A stretch of DNA of 64,000 nucleotides from the NCBI GenBank assembly GCA_048941285.1, contig JBHLNS010000001.1:64001-128000 (forward strand), in the 5' to 3' direction. Numbering within the stretch: position 1 is the stretch's first letter; the number at the start of each line of letters is the position of its first letter. Positions 10,119 through 20,791 of the stretch are shown in pieces. The stretch is from Promethearchaeota archaeon (lineage in GTDB: Archaea > Asgardarchaeota > Lokiarchaeia > Sigyniarchaeales > SOKP01). The translations under genes were made by a program, and so were the position numbers. The notes under the pieces are model-generated. The model did no database searches. It was not told where the DNA came from and saw only the letters and a program-made list of their open reading frames with translations.

Positions 10119-11177
10119 ATGTCAAAAGATAGCGATAAAAAGATTAAATATTGTGTCTTCTGTGGAGCTGATATTGCAGAAAGTAAGACTTATTGTCCTA
10201 ATTGTGGTAAATTAGTTATTAAGATTGAATCTGTGAAAAAAATATCCAAACCAAAATCAATCTCTAGGGTGGATATTTCAAGAAAGTGTCCTAAATGTGG
10301 TTCTATAATAACATCTAATATTTTAGATCAATGTCCTATATGCAATACAGAATTAGAAAAGATTTCTGAAATCAAAAAAACGATTGTCCAAAAGAAGCCT
10401 GGTTTAATTTTTACTAATAAAAAACTTGAACCTGAACAAAAATTTATTTTAAGGAAAGACACATGGAACCTAAAAGAAGGATTAAATGTTTTTGGAACCT
10501 GCTTTTATATATTAATGATTGCCTTTTTTTTACTAGCGACTTTTTCATACCAATTTGAATCAGCTCCGTTAAGTATTGAAGAAATTCTATTGACTCAAAT
10601 CCCTCTTTTACTCTTCGGCATATATCCAATATGGTATATTTATAGTAAAAAGCATAGCTTTACGAAATTAGGATTTCACTCTGAATCTAAAAAGATTGGT
10701 ATAGCAATTTTAATTGGTATTTTAGGTTCATTAATGTTGCTGCTATTTAACTTCTTTTCTGATTCAATAATTTATTTCATGTCAAATTTAGATCTAGATG
10801 TGTTTAATTTAACATCAGTTATTGAAGAATATAATCAACTCATTAGAAATTCTGATTTAACTTGGATTATACTTCTAATAATAACCTTATGTGCAAGAAC
10901 TTTATCAACAGAAATTGCATTTCGGGGTGTTTTACACAATACTTTAAAACAAAGATTTAAAAATAATTATATAGTCATTATCATCGTTGCTTTTGCTTAT
11001 TCTATTCTATTATTATTTTTTACAATTCCTTATGGAATTTACTATTTTATATTTAATTTTCTAGCATACATTGTACTTGGATTTCTATACGAGATCAATC
11101 AAAACATTTATAATACAATATTGGCTAGTGTTTTGTACAATATTACTTTAATTATCCTTACTTCTCTTGTATTTTAA
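10119..11177 (+). CDS. Double zinc-ribbon plus CPBP (CAAX-protease-like) membrane protein
   Basis: Four N-terminal CxxC pairs, several TM segments and a degenerate TEIAFRG motif (EExxFRG). Confidence 0.75.
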   Translation: MSKDSDKKIKYCVFCGADIAESKTYCPNCGKLVIKIESVKKISKPKSISRVDISRKCPKCGSIITSNILDQCPICNTELEKISEIKKTIVQKKPGLIFTNKKLEPEQKFILRKDTWNLKEGLNVFGTCFYILMIAFFLLATFSYQFESAPLSIEEILLTQIPLLLFGIYPIWYIYSKKHSFTKLGFHSESKKIGIAILIGILGSLMLLLFNFFSDSIIYFMSNLDLDVFNLTSVIEEYNQLIRNSDLTWIILLIITLCARTLSTEIAFRGVLHNTLKQRFKNNYIVIIIVAFAYSILLLFFTIPYGIYYFIFNFLAYIVLGFLYEINQNIYNTILASVLYNITLIILTSLVF

Positions 11178-11304
11178 CTTTTCATTACCCCCTCAATATA
11201 AAATTTAATAAAATATAGTAAATCAATAATCTCTAGATTTATTTTTTATTTTAACCATAGTTTTATTATTACGATTTAATCTAATAGGTTTGGAGTAAAA
11301 AATT

Positions 11305-12021
11305 TTGGGTAAACAAATTTATAGGAATAAGGGAAGTAAGGACAATATTATTATCTCTATCGCGGGAGTACACGGTGTTGGAAAAACTACAATTTTTAAT
11401 CTTCTTAAAAAAGATAAAAAAGTAAAAGAGAATAAAAAATTCAAATTTTTTCCTGAAAGGTATGTAAAAAAACCTCCTTTTCCTTTTGGTTCCTCGGATA
11501 AACAAATTGGTTTTAGGAGTGAACTTCACTTTCTTCAACAACTTATTAGACGAAATCAAAATATTGTAAATTTCGATAATAAATATAATGGTAGAATCAT
11601 AATTTTAGATAGAACTCCATTATGTGTTTTAATTTACTCTAAGAGTTTAAATTTAAAAGAGAAAGATTACAATCTTATTTTAGACACATATAATTCTATT
11701 GAATGGAAAGAGAATTATATTTTCTACTTACATGCTACACCAAATACAATTATGAAACGAATAGTTCAGAGGGGGTCCTTAGAAAAAATGAGAAGGGAAT
11801 GGAATGAAGACGATAAGGATTATTTGTTAAAAATCCTTTCATATTATAAACAATTCCTTTCAAGTAAAGAAGGAGTTTTTATTATCAATACAGAAGATTT
11901 AACTCCAGAAGCTGTTGTAATTGAAATGAAAGAACTTATAACCCAGTTATCAGGATATTCCTTCGACAAATTTGAACGATTATTATCAACTCAAATGAAT
12001 TTATTGAAATTTTTAAAATAA
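11305..12021 (+). CDS. Deoxynucleoside/thymidylate kinase family P-loop kinase
   Basis: IAGVHGVGKTT Walker A, ILDR motif and RIVQRG lid region. Confidence 0.75.
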   Translation: MGKQIYRNKGSKDNIIISIAGVHGVGKTTIFNLLKKDKKVKENKKFKFFPERYVKKPPFPFGSSDKQIGFRSELHFLQQLIRRNQNIVNFDNKYNGRIIILDRTPLCVLIYSKSLNLKEKDYNLILDTYNSIEWKENYIFYLHATPNTIMKRIVQRGSLEKMRREWNEDDKDYLLKILSYYKQFLSSKEGVFIINTEDLTPEAVVIEMKELITQLSGYSFDKFERLLSTQMNLLKFLK

Positions 12022-12120
12022 ACTAATAATAAAATATATTAAAATAGGCTTTCTATTTATACTTAAATTTAAGCTAAAAAAACATATAGAATCTAAATTG
12101 CAGTAAGATAGGTAATATAA

Positions 12121-13104
12121 ATGTCTACAATTGCAGAAGATATCCGTAAGAATATGATGCTTGTTTTAAAAGAGGAAGAAGAAAAAACTGATTTAGAAAA
12201 TCTCGCGGTTTTATCTCGAGTAGGAATGAAAGTAGCAAGCTCTACATCTTCAGAATTAGATGCTGATGCTACTTCTGCCTCTAGTACTGCATTAATAGAT
12301 TTAGGATTAAGGTTGAACCAAGCAACAGTTCATGGAGCATTAACTGAAATTATTTTGCATAATACATCGGGATATAGTATTTTGATGGCTATTAACGACG
12401 AATATATTGTATTTGGAGGGCTTTCTCGAATTCATAGCATTGGTTATTATTTAGGATATTTAAGAGAATTAGCAAGAAAATTAAATAGGCTTATTTCAGG
12501 AGATCAGTTAACTGAGATGATGCTTTCACTTGAAGAATCTGAAATAGAAAAGATCAAACAACAAACCTTAGAAGAAGAGGTTAAACCAATAATAAAACCC
12601 ACTATTAATCAAGATAAAGCTGCTTTAGACGATTTATTAGGATTTTTAGATGAATGGGAAAAAGGAGATGAAGAATTTGAAGAACTTGAACCAACAACCG
12701 AGAGTGGCATTGTGTCTATTCCAAAATCAGTAGGATTAGGACTTGAAAAAGAAGTAAAAGCAGTAGCGGTAACTCCCACCTCACAACTTGCAGAAACTTT
12801 ATCTACTGAAACTAAATTTAAAGTATATGAAGATGAAATCCCCCCAATCCCCCTTAATGACTATACTCCCATGGAAATAGATGAAGAGCGAACACCCAAA
12901 GAGAAACCATCTGTTTCAAAAAAACCATTACCAACTGAAAAGCAACCAATACTTGAAGAATTACCTTCCTTTGAAGAATTAAAACCTCCAGATTTTGAAT
13001 CCGAAGTTTCTGCTTCTGAATATGATACTGAATTTGTTTTAGAAGAAGAATCAGAGGCTTTAGGGTCCGTACTTCGTGATCTTGGATGGGAAGAAGAAGA
13101 CTAA
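12121..13104 (+). CDS. Roadblock/LC7-domain protein with long acidic, Pro-rich C-terminal tail
   Basis: N-terminal ~125 aa (LAVLSRVGMKVASS...GALTEIILHNTSGYSILMAI...LARKLNRLI) fit the roadblock fold; E/P-rich tail. Confidence 0.75.
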   Translation: MSTIAEDIRKNMMLVLKEEEEKTDLENLAVLSRVGMKVASSTSSELDADATSASSTALIDLGLRLNQATVHGALTEIILHNTSGYSILMAINDEYIVFGGLSRIHSIGYYLGYLRELARKLNRLISGDQLTEMMLSLEESEIEKIKQQTLEEEVKPIIKPTINQDKAALDDLLGFLDEWEKGDEEFEELEPTTESGIVSIPKSVGLGLEKEVKAVAVTPTSQLAETLSTETKFKVYEDEIPPIPLNDYTPMEIDEERTPKEKPSVSKKPLPTEKQPILEELPSFEELKPPDFESEVSASEYDTEFVLEEESEALGSVLRDLGWEEED

Positions 13105-13238
13105 AATTTTTGATTTCTTAAATCCCTTCATTTACTAATTTGAATCAAAATTACTTAATTTTAATAAACTTTTAAATACTTTTGTCTCTAATATTTATCT
13201 AAAATTAAGATTGATTCAGATATCTTTAAGAATTTAGC

Positions 13239-14567
13239 ATGACTGATATTCAAATAGCCCAAAAAGAACCAACTAAATTGAAAAAATTTATACTTTTTGG
13301 GACCCCTAGACTTGGCACTAATATACTTTTAACAATTGTTGATTTTGCCTTATTAACGCTATATAGTACTGGTTTTGAATTACCTGCGTGGCAAACTTTC
13401 TTAGCTACTAGTTTAGGAAAACTTAGTATAGCACTCTCTCAGTTTCTTTTAGGTTGGCTGAGCGATGCTAAATATACTAAATGGGGAAGAAGAAAGCCAT
13501 ATATAGTAATATTAAGTCCATTGCTAGGAATATCATTTATATTATTACTTATCCCTAATCGTTTTTTACCAATTTCAAATCAAACAGCTTTGTTCACCTG
13601 GTTATTAGTTTGGGATTTAATTTTTCAAGCGAGTTATGGGATCACATCAGTTCATAGTTCTTGGATGGCTGAACAGTTTAATGTTGGTGATCGACCTAAA
13701 GCTTCACAGTTCATAAACCTATTTATTTATCTCGGTGCAGGTGTGGGTCAAATTTTTACTCTGTTAGTATTAACTGATTTTGCCTCTAAAATAGAATCAA
13801 ATCCAAGCTCAGTACCTACTGAGTTCTTACTTGGTGTCTTAATTTTTGGAATAATTACAATTCAATTATTTTATATTATTGCATTATTGATGCCAACAGA
13901 ACCATATTATAAAATAGAATCAAATCTAGTTAGTAATTTAAAAGCTATTGTGAAAAATAAAAATTATTTATCATTTAATTTTATGGAAGGGTTTGCTAGT
14001 ATTGCGTGGTCCATTGTGACTCCAACAATGTTAGCTTTTTTAACAGTTGTTCTAACTTTTAGAGGATTGCAATTTATAATTGGAGGTTCAATAATTATAT
14101 TTGGCGTTCTATTATTCTTGTACCTTTGGAGAAAAGTTATCGAAAAGCTAGGCAAGAAAAAGAGCTTGTTATACTTGTTTCTTTTTGCAATAATAGTCTT
14201 ACCTTTTACTTTAATAAGCATTATTCCTATGGAGTCATATTTAATATATGGAATTATATTTATAATTGGTGTAGTTGCCTCTATTGGAGGATGGAATCTA
14301 TTCCCTTATATAATTTATGCAGATCTTGCAGAAGATGATGAAAAATCTACTGGGGAGTTGAAAGCAGGTTTGTATCGAGGGTTTTCTAGTATAATTCTAA
14401 ATATATTTCAAGCATTAGGCTTACTTTTTTCATCGTTTATAAGTTTTATTATAGGGGATTACCTATTTTATATCTGGTGGGGCCCTATTTGCTCTCTAAT
14501 ATTAATTGGAGCTTATTTCTTTTCTAGAAAGTTTATTAAAATTGATTTTGATTGGGAGAAAAAATAA
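13239..14567 (+). CDS. MFS transporter (GPH/Na+-melibiose-like family)
   Basis: GWLSD...TKWGRRKPYI motif, about 12 TM segments, and ADLAEDDE...AGLY motif. Confidence 0.85.
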   Translation: MTDIQIAQKEPTKLKKFILFGTPRLGTNILLTIVDFALLTLYSTGFELPAWQTFLATSLGKLSIALSQFLLGWLSDAKYTKWGRRKPYIVILSPLLGISFILLLIPNRFLPISNQTALFTWLLVWDLIFQASYGITSVHSSWMAEQFNVGDRPKASQFINLFIYLGAGVGQIFTLLVLTDFASKIESNPSSVPTEFLLGVLIFGIITIQLFYIIALLMPTEPYYKIESNLVSNLKAIVKNKNYLSFNFMEGFASIAWSIVTPTMLAFLTVVLTFRGLQFIIGGSIIIFGVLLFLYLWRKVIEKLGKKKSLLYLFLFAIIVLPFTLISIIPMESYLIYGIIFIIGVVASIGGWNLFPYIIYADLAEDDEKSTGELKAGLYRGFSSIILNIFQALGLLFSSFISFIIGDYLFYIWWGPICSLILIGAYFFSRKFIKIDFDWEKK

Positions 14568-14734
14568 CAGTAGAATGATTCAGATAATTCTTTTAATTTG
14601 ATTTATGTGCAATAATCAGAACATTTTATTAGTCTAAATATTTGGAATTTTTACACTCAATTAAATAATATAAAAATGAAAATTCACATTTTATATAAAT
14701 AACTCTAATTAATCTCTCCTTGAGTTTGGATAGA

Positions 14735-15784
14735 ATGTCTCTTCAAGAATTAGGAATCTCCCATAAAAAGATTAAAAAGAAATACGTGGAATACTTTAAT
14801 TTTAGAGGTGAAATTAAAGATATTCCTTCTAAGATCGAGGAATTGTATCAAAAATACAATAATCTTGCTGGTAAATCAGTAATTGCTGTTATTGATTTTG
14901 GAGTATACAGTGAAGGCGGAAAGGATATAGATCTTTGCTTTAATCTTAGTGACCATAAGAGACTTAATGATCTGGAAATCAAGTATCTTAATGAAAGTGA
15001 AGTATTATCAATAACTCATTATGGTACAATAAACACTGTAAATGAAACACTCCAAGTAATTAGAAGTTATTTACAAGATCATTTAGTATCTGGAACTAGC
15101 ACCCTAAGGCTTGTTTTCCATAAATATAATAATGTGAACCTCGAAGAAAATCAAATTGAGATTCAATACCAATTACATAAATGGGATAATAGATTAGAAA
15201 AAAGTATAGATAAAGTTCTAGGTAAAAAAACTAGAAATGAAATTATGAAAGATAGAGAGATACTATTCGCCGTTAACTCTTCTGCTGAGCAAAGATTACA
15301 ATGGCTTAAAGATACATTAATCCGAATTGATAATATAGCAGATGATTATAAAAAATATGAAATTATTTCTAGATGTGCTCATGATTTTTCTCAAAAACGT
15401 ATTAACTATATGAAAAGCATTTATCAAAAAAAGAGAGATATTGATGATGTTATAGAAGAAATGAATAAAGATTATACTTGGTATGAAAAACTCAAACGAG
15501 AGGGTAATATTATATATGTGAGTAAGATCCCTGTAAATCCAGAAGAATATGAAAAAGCTGAAAACATAGAGGAAAAAAAGAAAAATTATTGTCATTGTCG
15601 ATTCATCAATAATAATTTAGATAAGGGCATTTCTCCAACTTTTTGTTATTGCGGTACTGGTTGGTATAGACAACAGTGGGAAGGGATACTTGAAAAACCA
15701 GTTCGAATAGAGATCCTAAAATCTCTTTTAAAAGGGGATGATTTTTGCCAAGTAGCAATCCATCTCCCTCTAGATGACAATTAA
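14735..15784 (+). CDS. GyrI-like effector-binding domain fused to a Cys-rich V4R-like C-terminal domain
   Basis: SITHYG GyrI-like segment; YCHC, FCYCGTGW and LLKGDDFC in the C-terminal part. Confidence 0.6.
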   Translation: MSLQELGISHKKIKKKYVEYFNFRGEIKDIPSKIEELYQKYNNLAGKSVIAVIDFGVYSEGGKDIDLCFNLSDHKRLNDLEIKYLNESEVLSITHYGTINTVNETLQVIRSYLQDHLVSGTSTLRLVFHKYNNVNLEENQIEIQYQLHKWDNRLEKSIDKVLGKKTRNEIMKDREILFAVNSSAEQRLQWLKDTLIRIDNIADDYKKYEIISRCAHDFSQKRINYMKSIYQKKRDIDDVIEEMNKDYTWYEKLKREGNIIYVSKIPVNPEEYEKAENIEEKKKNYCHCRFINNNLDKGISPTFCYCGTGWYRQQWEGILEKPVRIEILKSLLKGDDFCQVAIHLPLDDN

Positions 15785-15845
15785 ACCTAGATAATTATAA
15801 AATAAAAAGAGATAAAAAATATAAACATTATACACCAATCAAAAT

Positions 15846-16085
15846 CTAATATCGTCTATCTTTTGAAATAATTTTCACATTTAAAGCTTCAGGACCCTTT
15901 CCTTTATTTGAGTCTTTAATCTCAAACTCAACTTCATCTCCAATATCCAATTTTTTGAAACCAGTCATATCAATATTCGAAAAATGAACAAAAACATCTT
16001 CTTGATCTGCAACACTTATAAAACCAAATCCTTTTTTTGCATCAAACCACTTAACAAACCCTTGATTCTTCTTCTTTTTTGCCAT
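15846..16085 (-). CDS. Cold-shock domain protein
   Basis: [15 protein letters not shown] (RNP1) and DVFVHFS (RNP2) motifs; GKGPEALNV. Confidence 0.95.
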   Translation of the reverse strand: MAKKKKNQGFVKWFDAKKGFGFISVADQEDVFVHFSNIDMTGFKKLDIGDEVEFEIKDSNKGKGPEALNVKIISKDRRY

Positions 16086-16260
16086 GTATAACTCTCTTCT
16101 TTTTAATATAAAAATAAAAAAAATAAAACTTCTCTTGTTTTATTAACTGCAATATTATTAAAATTATATAAAAAAAGAAATTTTTATTTTAAAATTTTTT
16201 TAAACACCTTCTCTTCTTAGATAAAATCAATAAATAACAATATACTTAATTTATTTAAGT

Positions 16261-17619
16261 ATGATTTTCGATAAAGTTCTAGAAATATATCAGAAATATT
16301 ATATTTGCATTCATTGTCTTGGTAGAATGTTTTCTCTTTTAGGTACTAATACAACAAACTATGAAAGAGGTAGCTCTTTATTGCTATCGATCACGATGGA
16401 AAATCATAAAAATTATCTATCAGGAAATGAAGTTATTCAGAAAGAAGCAATTAATAATTTAAAATTATTAGCCAATAAGGCTTATTTTAAGCCAGCTCAA
16501 AAGGTTCTGGATAATGAAGGATTAGCAGAATTAAAAAACAATTCAAATCAAGAGTGTTATTTATGTCATGATATTTTTTCAAATATTAAAAATTATACTG
16601 CGAAACCAATCCAAATACTTAAAGAAATTGAATTTAATAGTTTTTTAATTGGATCAAAAATAGAGCCTCAAATCATTAACCAGGAAGATAAATTTAAATC
16701 TCAATTTAGCCTATTAGAAGCAGAATCTTTTAAAAGTCACTTTAATCGAGTATTAGGAAAACAATTAACTTTAATTTTAAATAAAAATCCTGAATTTTCA
16801 AATCCAGATGTATTAATGATATACTCCCTTGATTATGAAAATTATTCGATTGAGTTAATATTAAAATCCATCTTTATTTATGGGAAATATAATAAATTAA
16901 TAAGAGGAATCCCACAAACTCATTGGTTTTGCAAGAATTGCTCAGGAGCTGGATGTGAGCGTTGTAATTATACTGGAAAACAGTATGTGACAAGTGTTGA
17001 GGATCTAATAAGCCCAGAGTTTATTAATGAATCAAAGGCATCTGATTTGAAGTTCCATGGCGCTGGAAGAGAGGATATTGATGTAAGAATGCTAGGTTCT
17101 GGCAGACCATTTATTATCGAATTAAGAAATCCTAAAATTAGAAAATTAAACTTAGCTAATATACAAAAAAAAGTCAATAAAAACAATAAAAAGAAAGTAA
17201 GAATTTATAATTTAAAATATAGTAGCAAAAAGGAAGTAATAAGGCTTAAAAAGGAAGCTAAAAATACAAAAAAAGTATACAAAGCCATTATAAAATCTGA
17301 AAGTAAATTAAATAAAGAGGAATTTGACCAAAAAGTAATTCTTTTAAAACAAGTATTTGAAAACAAAAAAATACGTCAAAGAACACCTTACAGAGTATCT
17401 CATCGTCGATCTGATAAAGTGAGACAAAAATTAATTTATAATATTGAAGGAAAATTAATAAAACCAAAATTATATGAGTTCATGATAGAAACTCAGGGTG
17501 GAACTTATATAAAAGAGCTTATCAATGGTGATAATGGACGTACTTCACCATCTTTTTCGGAAATTTTTAATACTCCTTTAGAATGCAAAGAATTAGATGT
17601 TTTAGAAATTAATATTTAA
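16261..17619 (+). CDS. pus10: tRNA pseudouridine(54/55) synthase Pus10
   Basis: CIHCLGR Zn site, RGIPQT, FHGAGREDIDVRMLGSGRPF, QRTPYRVSHRR and GGTYIKEL motifs. Confidence 0.95.
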   Translation: MIFDKVLEIYQKYYICIHCLGRMFSLLGTNTTNYERGSSLLLSITMENHKNYLSGNEVIQKEAINNLKLLANKAYFKPAQKVLDNEGLAELKNNSNQECYLCHDIFSNIKNYTAKPIQILKEIEFNSFLIGSKIEPQIINQEDKFKSQFSLLEAESFKSHFNRVLGKQLTLILNKNPEFSNPDVLMIYSLDYENYSIELILKSIFIYGKYNKLIRGIPQTHWFCKNCSGAGCERCNYTGKQYVTSVEDLISPEFINESKASDLKFHGAGREDIDVRMLGSGRPFIIELRNPKIRKLNLANIQKKVNKNNKKKVRIYNLKYSSKKEVIRLKKEAKNTKKVYKAIIKSESKLNKEEFDQKVILLKQVFENKKIRQRTPYRVSHRRSDKVRQKLIYNIEGKLIKPKLYEFMIETQGGTYIKELINGDNGRTSPSFSEIFNTPLECKELDVLEINI

Positions 17620-17731
17620 TAATATCTCTATTTAAATTAATTTAGCTAAAATCATAAAATAAATAAATTATAATGCATAATTCTACTAAATCAATTTATT
17701 ACTTTTATAATAATCTAAAAGGTGTGTTGCG

Positions 17732-18037
17732 ATAGTAAAACACCACGGTTATCGTAAGAAAACGAGACATAAGCACAGGAAAAATGTTCGTAAGAGAGGT
17801 TTAGGTTCAGTTGAGAAATATCTAATTGATTATGATACAAATGATAAAGTGGATATAATTACTGATTCTTCACATCATAAACGAGGAATGCCTCATTCCA
17901 GATATCATGGACGTACTGGAACAATAGTTGGTCAAAGAGGACGCTGTTATTTAGTTGAAGTGAAATTAGGAAATTCTAAGAAGACATTAATAATTGGAAA
18001 GGAGCATCTTAGATTGAATTCTGTTTCTATAAAATGA
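17732..18037 (+). CDS. rpl21e: 50S ribosomal protein L21e (probable ATA start)
   Basis: The frame reads (I)VKHHGYRKKTRHKHRK...GMPHSRYHGRTG...EHLR. The conserved N-terminus lies upstream of the ORF-track GTG (17849), with no ATG/GTG/TTG after the in-frame TAA at 17711. Confidence 0.9.
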   Translation: MVKHHGYRKKTRHKHRKNVRKRGLGSVEKYLIDYDTNDKVDIITDSSHHKRGMPHSRYHGRTGTIVGQRGRCYLVEVKLGNSKKTLIIGKEHLRLNSVSIK

Positions 18038-18062
18038 AAAAGAAAAAAAGATATGATTTAGA

Positions 18063-18428
18063 ATGTCTGGCCGAAAAAAAGAAGAAAAAAGTGTTTCTAT
18101 TCCTGAAGTTAAGGAAATAATGGAAAATTTAAAAGATCAATTATTAGAAATTGATGCTGAAGAAGGAATGTCCCATTTTCAAGAAATTACTTATAATTAT
18201 GTGAATAAATTTGCGAAATATGATGCAAAAACTGCGAAAAAAGTAAAGAAATTATTAACCGACAGCTATGAAATTGAAGAAATTTATGCAATTAACATTA
18301 TTAACATTGATCCAAAAACAATTTTTGAGTTAAGAACGATGTTAGAAAAAAGCTTTACTGGTAAAACTTTAACAGATGACCAACTTTTAAAACTTCTCTC
18401 TCAGATTGAAGAACTAAAATCCTCTTGA
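18063..18428 (+). CDS. rpo4: RNA polymerase subunit Rpo4 (RpoF)
   Basis: VSIPEVKEI, TYNYVNKFAK and IINIDPKT..ELR motifs; canonical position after rpl21e. Confidence 0.88.
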   Translation: MSGRKKEEKSVSIPEVKEIMENLKDQLLEIDAEEGMSHFQEITYNYVNKFAKYDAKTAKKVKKLLTDSYEIEEIYAINIINIDPKTIFELRTMLEKSFTGKTLTDDQLLKLLSQIEELKSS

Positions 18429-18595
18429 ATTTAACAGTCTTAATTATGAAATGTTGATTGTTGGTTATTAGATCCGTTAAACTTATAAATTTAAATTATT
18501 TTAAATTCAATGAACAATCCCATCTAATTATGTAGTTTATCACAATGAAAATTTTGAAATGGTAATCGGAAAAGTTAAAAATAAAATATTCAGTA

Positions 18596-19240
18596 ATGAT
18601 GGAAAGAAGAGAGCGATACAGAGGTCCTCCACGCAGAAGAGATTATCGTGGTGGTCCGAAGAAGAAAAAGCAATTTATAAAAAAGTTTCGGGAAGTTATT
18701 ATCTTAGATATATTAATGCATGGGCATCCCGAAGAAGATAAACCTAGCTGGGCAAAGACCCCTATAGCTCAAGTCCTTACTTTTCCGGATTTCGTCCTTT
18801 ATGAGGTTAAGGTTAATAAAAATTCTAACATTGAAGTTCAAGAACATAAAACTTATGAAGAATTTTTGAACGAGGATAAATTAAGAGATGTCTTAAAAAA
18901 GATAGATTATGATGATTTAACAAATACTTCAAAAGCATTAATCCTGCCAATTCTTGAAAAAGAGGCAATGAAATATGAAGAAGAATTCATCAATTTCTTT
19001 AATAATTCTACATCTATTACTCCAAGAATGCATGCTTTAAAATTGTTACCAGGAATCGGGCAAAAACATATGTGGGAAATTCTTGAAGCAAGAGAGAGAC
19101 AGAAATTCGGAACATTTCAAGATATTGCCGATAGAACCAGTATTTCTAATCCTGCTAGATTAATTGCACAGAGAATAATAAAAGAACTTCAAAGAGACGT
19201 AAAGTATTATCTTTTTAGTAAGACTCAAAAATACGAATAA
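18596..19240 (+). CDS. DUF655 family putative RNA-binding protein
   Basis: FFN...ITPRMHALKLLPGIG HhH motif; canonical position between rpo4 and rsmA. Confidence 0.88.
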   Translation: MMERRERYRGPPRRRDYRGGPKKKKQFIKKFREVIILDILMHGHPEEDKPSWAKTPIAQVLTFPDFVLYEVKVNKNSNIEVQEHKTYEEFLNEDKLRDVLKKIDYDDLTNTSKALILPILEKEAMKYEEEFINFFNNSTSITPRMHALKLLPGIGQKHMWEILEARERQKFGTFQDIADRTSISNPARLIAQRIIKELQRDVKYYLFSKTQKYE

Positions 19241-19245
19241 ACATT

Positions 19246-20085
19246 ATGAATAATAAAGAAGTACAACTAATTTTAAAGCAATTAAATATAAAACCTAGTA
19301 AAAAATTAGGTCAGAATTTTATAATTGATAGTAATACAATAAACAAGATTATCAATGTTTCTGAAATATCTCAGAATGATGTAATTTTAGAAATTGGACC
19401 TGGTTTAGGAGGGATAACCGGAGAATTAGTAAATATAGCAAAAAAAATATATGCTATCGAAATAGATCACCGGTTATACTCTTATTTGAATGATAAGTTC
19501 TCCGTATACAATAATGTAGAAATAATTCAAGGAGATATACTTAAAGTTGAAGTTCCTAACCATAATAAAGTTATTTCTAATATTCCTTATACTATTACGG
19601 GACCAATTATGGAGAAGATGTTTTTCAGAAGATTTTCAAATGTAGGAATATTAGTCATTGAGAAAAGTATTGCTGATCGAATAGTTTTATTAACAGATTA
19701 TAAAAATTTCTCAAGAATAAGTGTAAGTGTAAATACATTCATGAAACCTATTTTAAAATTAGATATTTCTAGGAATAGCTTTTATCCTATTCCCAAAATC
19801 GCATTATCTCTGATAAAACTTATTCCTAGGGATGATATTAATCATTCCTTCTTAGATAAGGAATTTACTGAATTTTTTTTGAGATTTATTAGTGGGATTA
19901 TGCCTTATAAGAATAGAAATATTGCTAATGCTATTGAACTATTTTTTAAGACTCAAAAAAATGTTCAATTTATAAAGGAAGATATTCTTATGATTTTACA
20001 GAATAACAATATTGATAATAAAAAAGTATTCACCTTTGATATTGATGATTACACTAAAATAAGTAAATTGTTTTATCTAGAATAA
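19246..20085 (+). CDS. rsmA: 16S rRNA m6,2A dimethyltransferase KsgA/Dim1
   Basis: KKLGQNF, ILEIGPGLG, AIEID, SNIPY and FYPIPK motifs. Confidence 0.93.
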   Translation: MNNKEVQLILKQLNIKPSKKLGQNFIIDSNTINKIINVSEISQNDVILEIGPGLGGITGELVNIAKKIYAIEIDHRLYSYLNDKFSVYNNVEIIQGDILKVEVPNHNKVISNIPYTITGPIMEKMFFRRFSNVGILVIEKSIADRIVLLTDYKNFSRISVSVNTFMKPILKLDISRNSFYPIPKIALSLIKLIPRDDINHSFLDKEFTEFFLRFISGIMPYKNRNIANAIELFFKTQKNVQFIKEDILMILQNNNIDNKKVFTFDIDDYTKISKLFYLE

Positions 20086-20107
20086 GAATTAAAAATTTGT
20101 AATAATT

Positions 20108-20791
20108 ATGGCTCTTTTTACTGATCCAATAATTAATTGTGAATCTAAAAATGTTTATACTCCTTCTGATGATACATATCTATTATTAGATTATTTCAAA
20201 TCCCATATTGATTCTTTATCTTTTGATGGAATAAGGATAAGTGAGATTAAAAATATTCTTGATATGGGCACGGGAACTGGAATAATTGCGATTTTCTTTC
20301 AGTTAATAAAAATGGAATACCTAAACTTTGATCCAAAAATTTATGCTTCAGATATTTTAGATGAAGCAATAAAGTGTGCAGAATTGAATCAGAAATTAAA
20401 TGGAATTAATCATGAGTTAATTTTCCTACATTCAAATTTATTTAATTCTTTCCCAGATACTTTAAAGCATTCCTTTAATATAATTGTATTTAATCCCCCC
20501 TACTTACCATCTTCGAAATTAATCAAAGCGGGAGAAAAAAAAGATATTGATTATAGTTGGGATGGGGGAATTAAGGGATATGAAGTATTAATTAATTTTC
20601 TCAAGAGTGCTAAATTCTTTTTAACTTTGAAAAAAGAGCATTATATTTATTGTATTACTTCAAGTAGTTCAAATTCAAAAGGCATAGAAAAAAGAATCGC
20701 AGATTTAGGTTATAAAAACGAAATTGCAGAAGAAAAACATTTTTTCTTTGAAGATCTCTACTTGAATAGACTAAGATATAAGAAATACTAA
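20108..20791 (+). CDS. HemK2/N6AMT1-like release-factor glutamine methyltransferase
   Basis: VYTPSDDTYLL, LDMGTGTG, FNPPYLP, WDGG and FFEDL motifs. Confidence 0.88.
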   Translation: MALFTDPIINCESKNVYTPSDDTYLLLDYFKSHIDSLSFDGIRISEIKNILDMGTGTGIIAIFFQLIKMEYLNFDPKIYASDILDEAIKCAELNQKLNGINHELIFLHSNLFNSFPDTLKHSFNIIVFNPPYLPSSKLIKAGEKKDIDYSWDGGIKGYEVLINFLKSAKFFLTLKKEHYIYCITSSSSNSKGIEKRIADLGYKNEIAEEKHFFFEDLYLNRLRYKKY

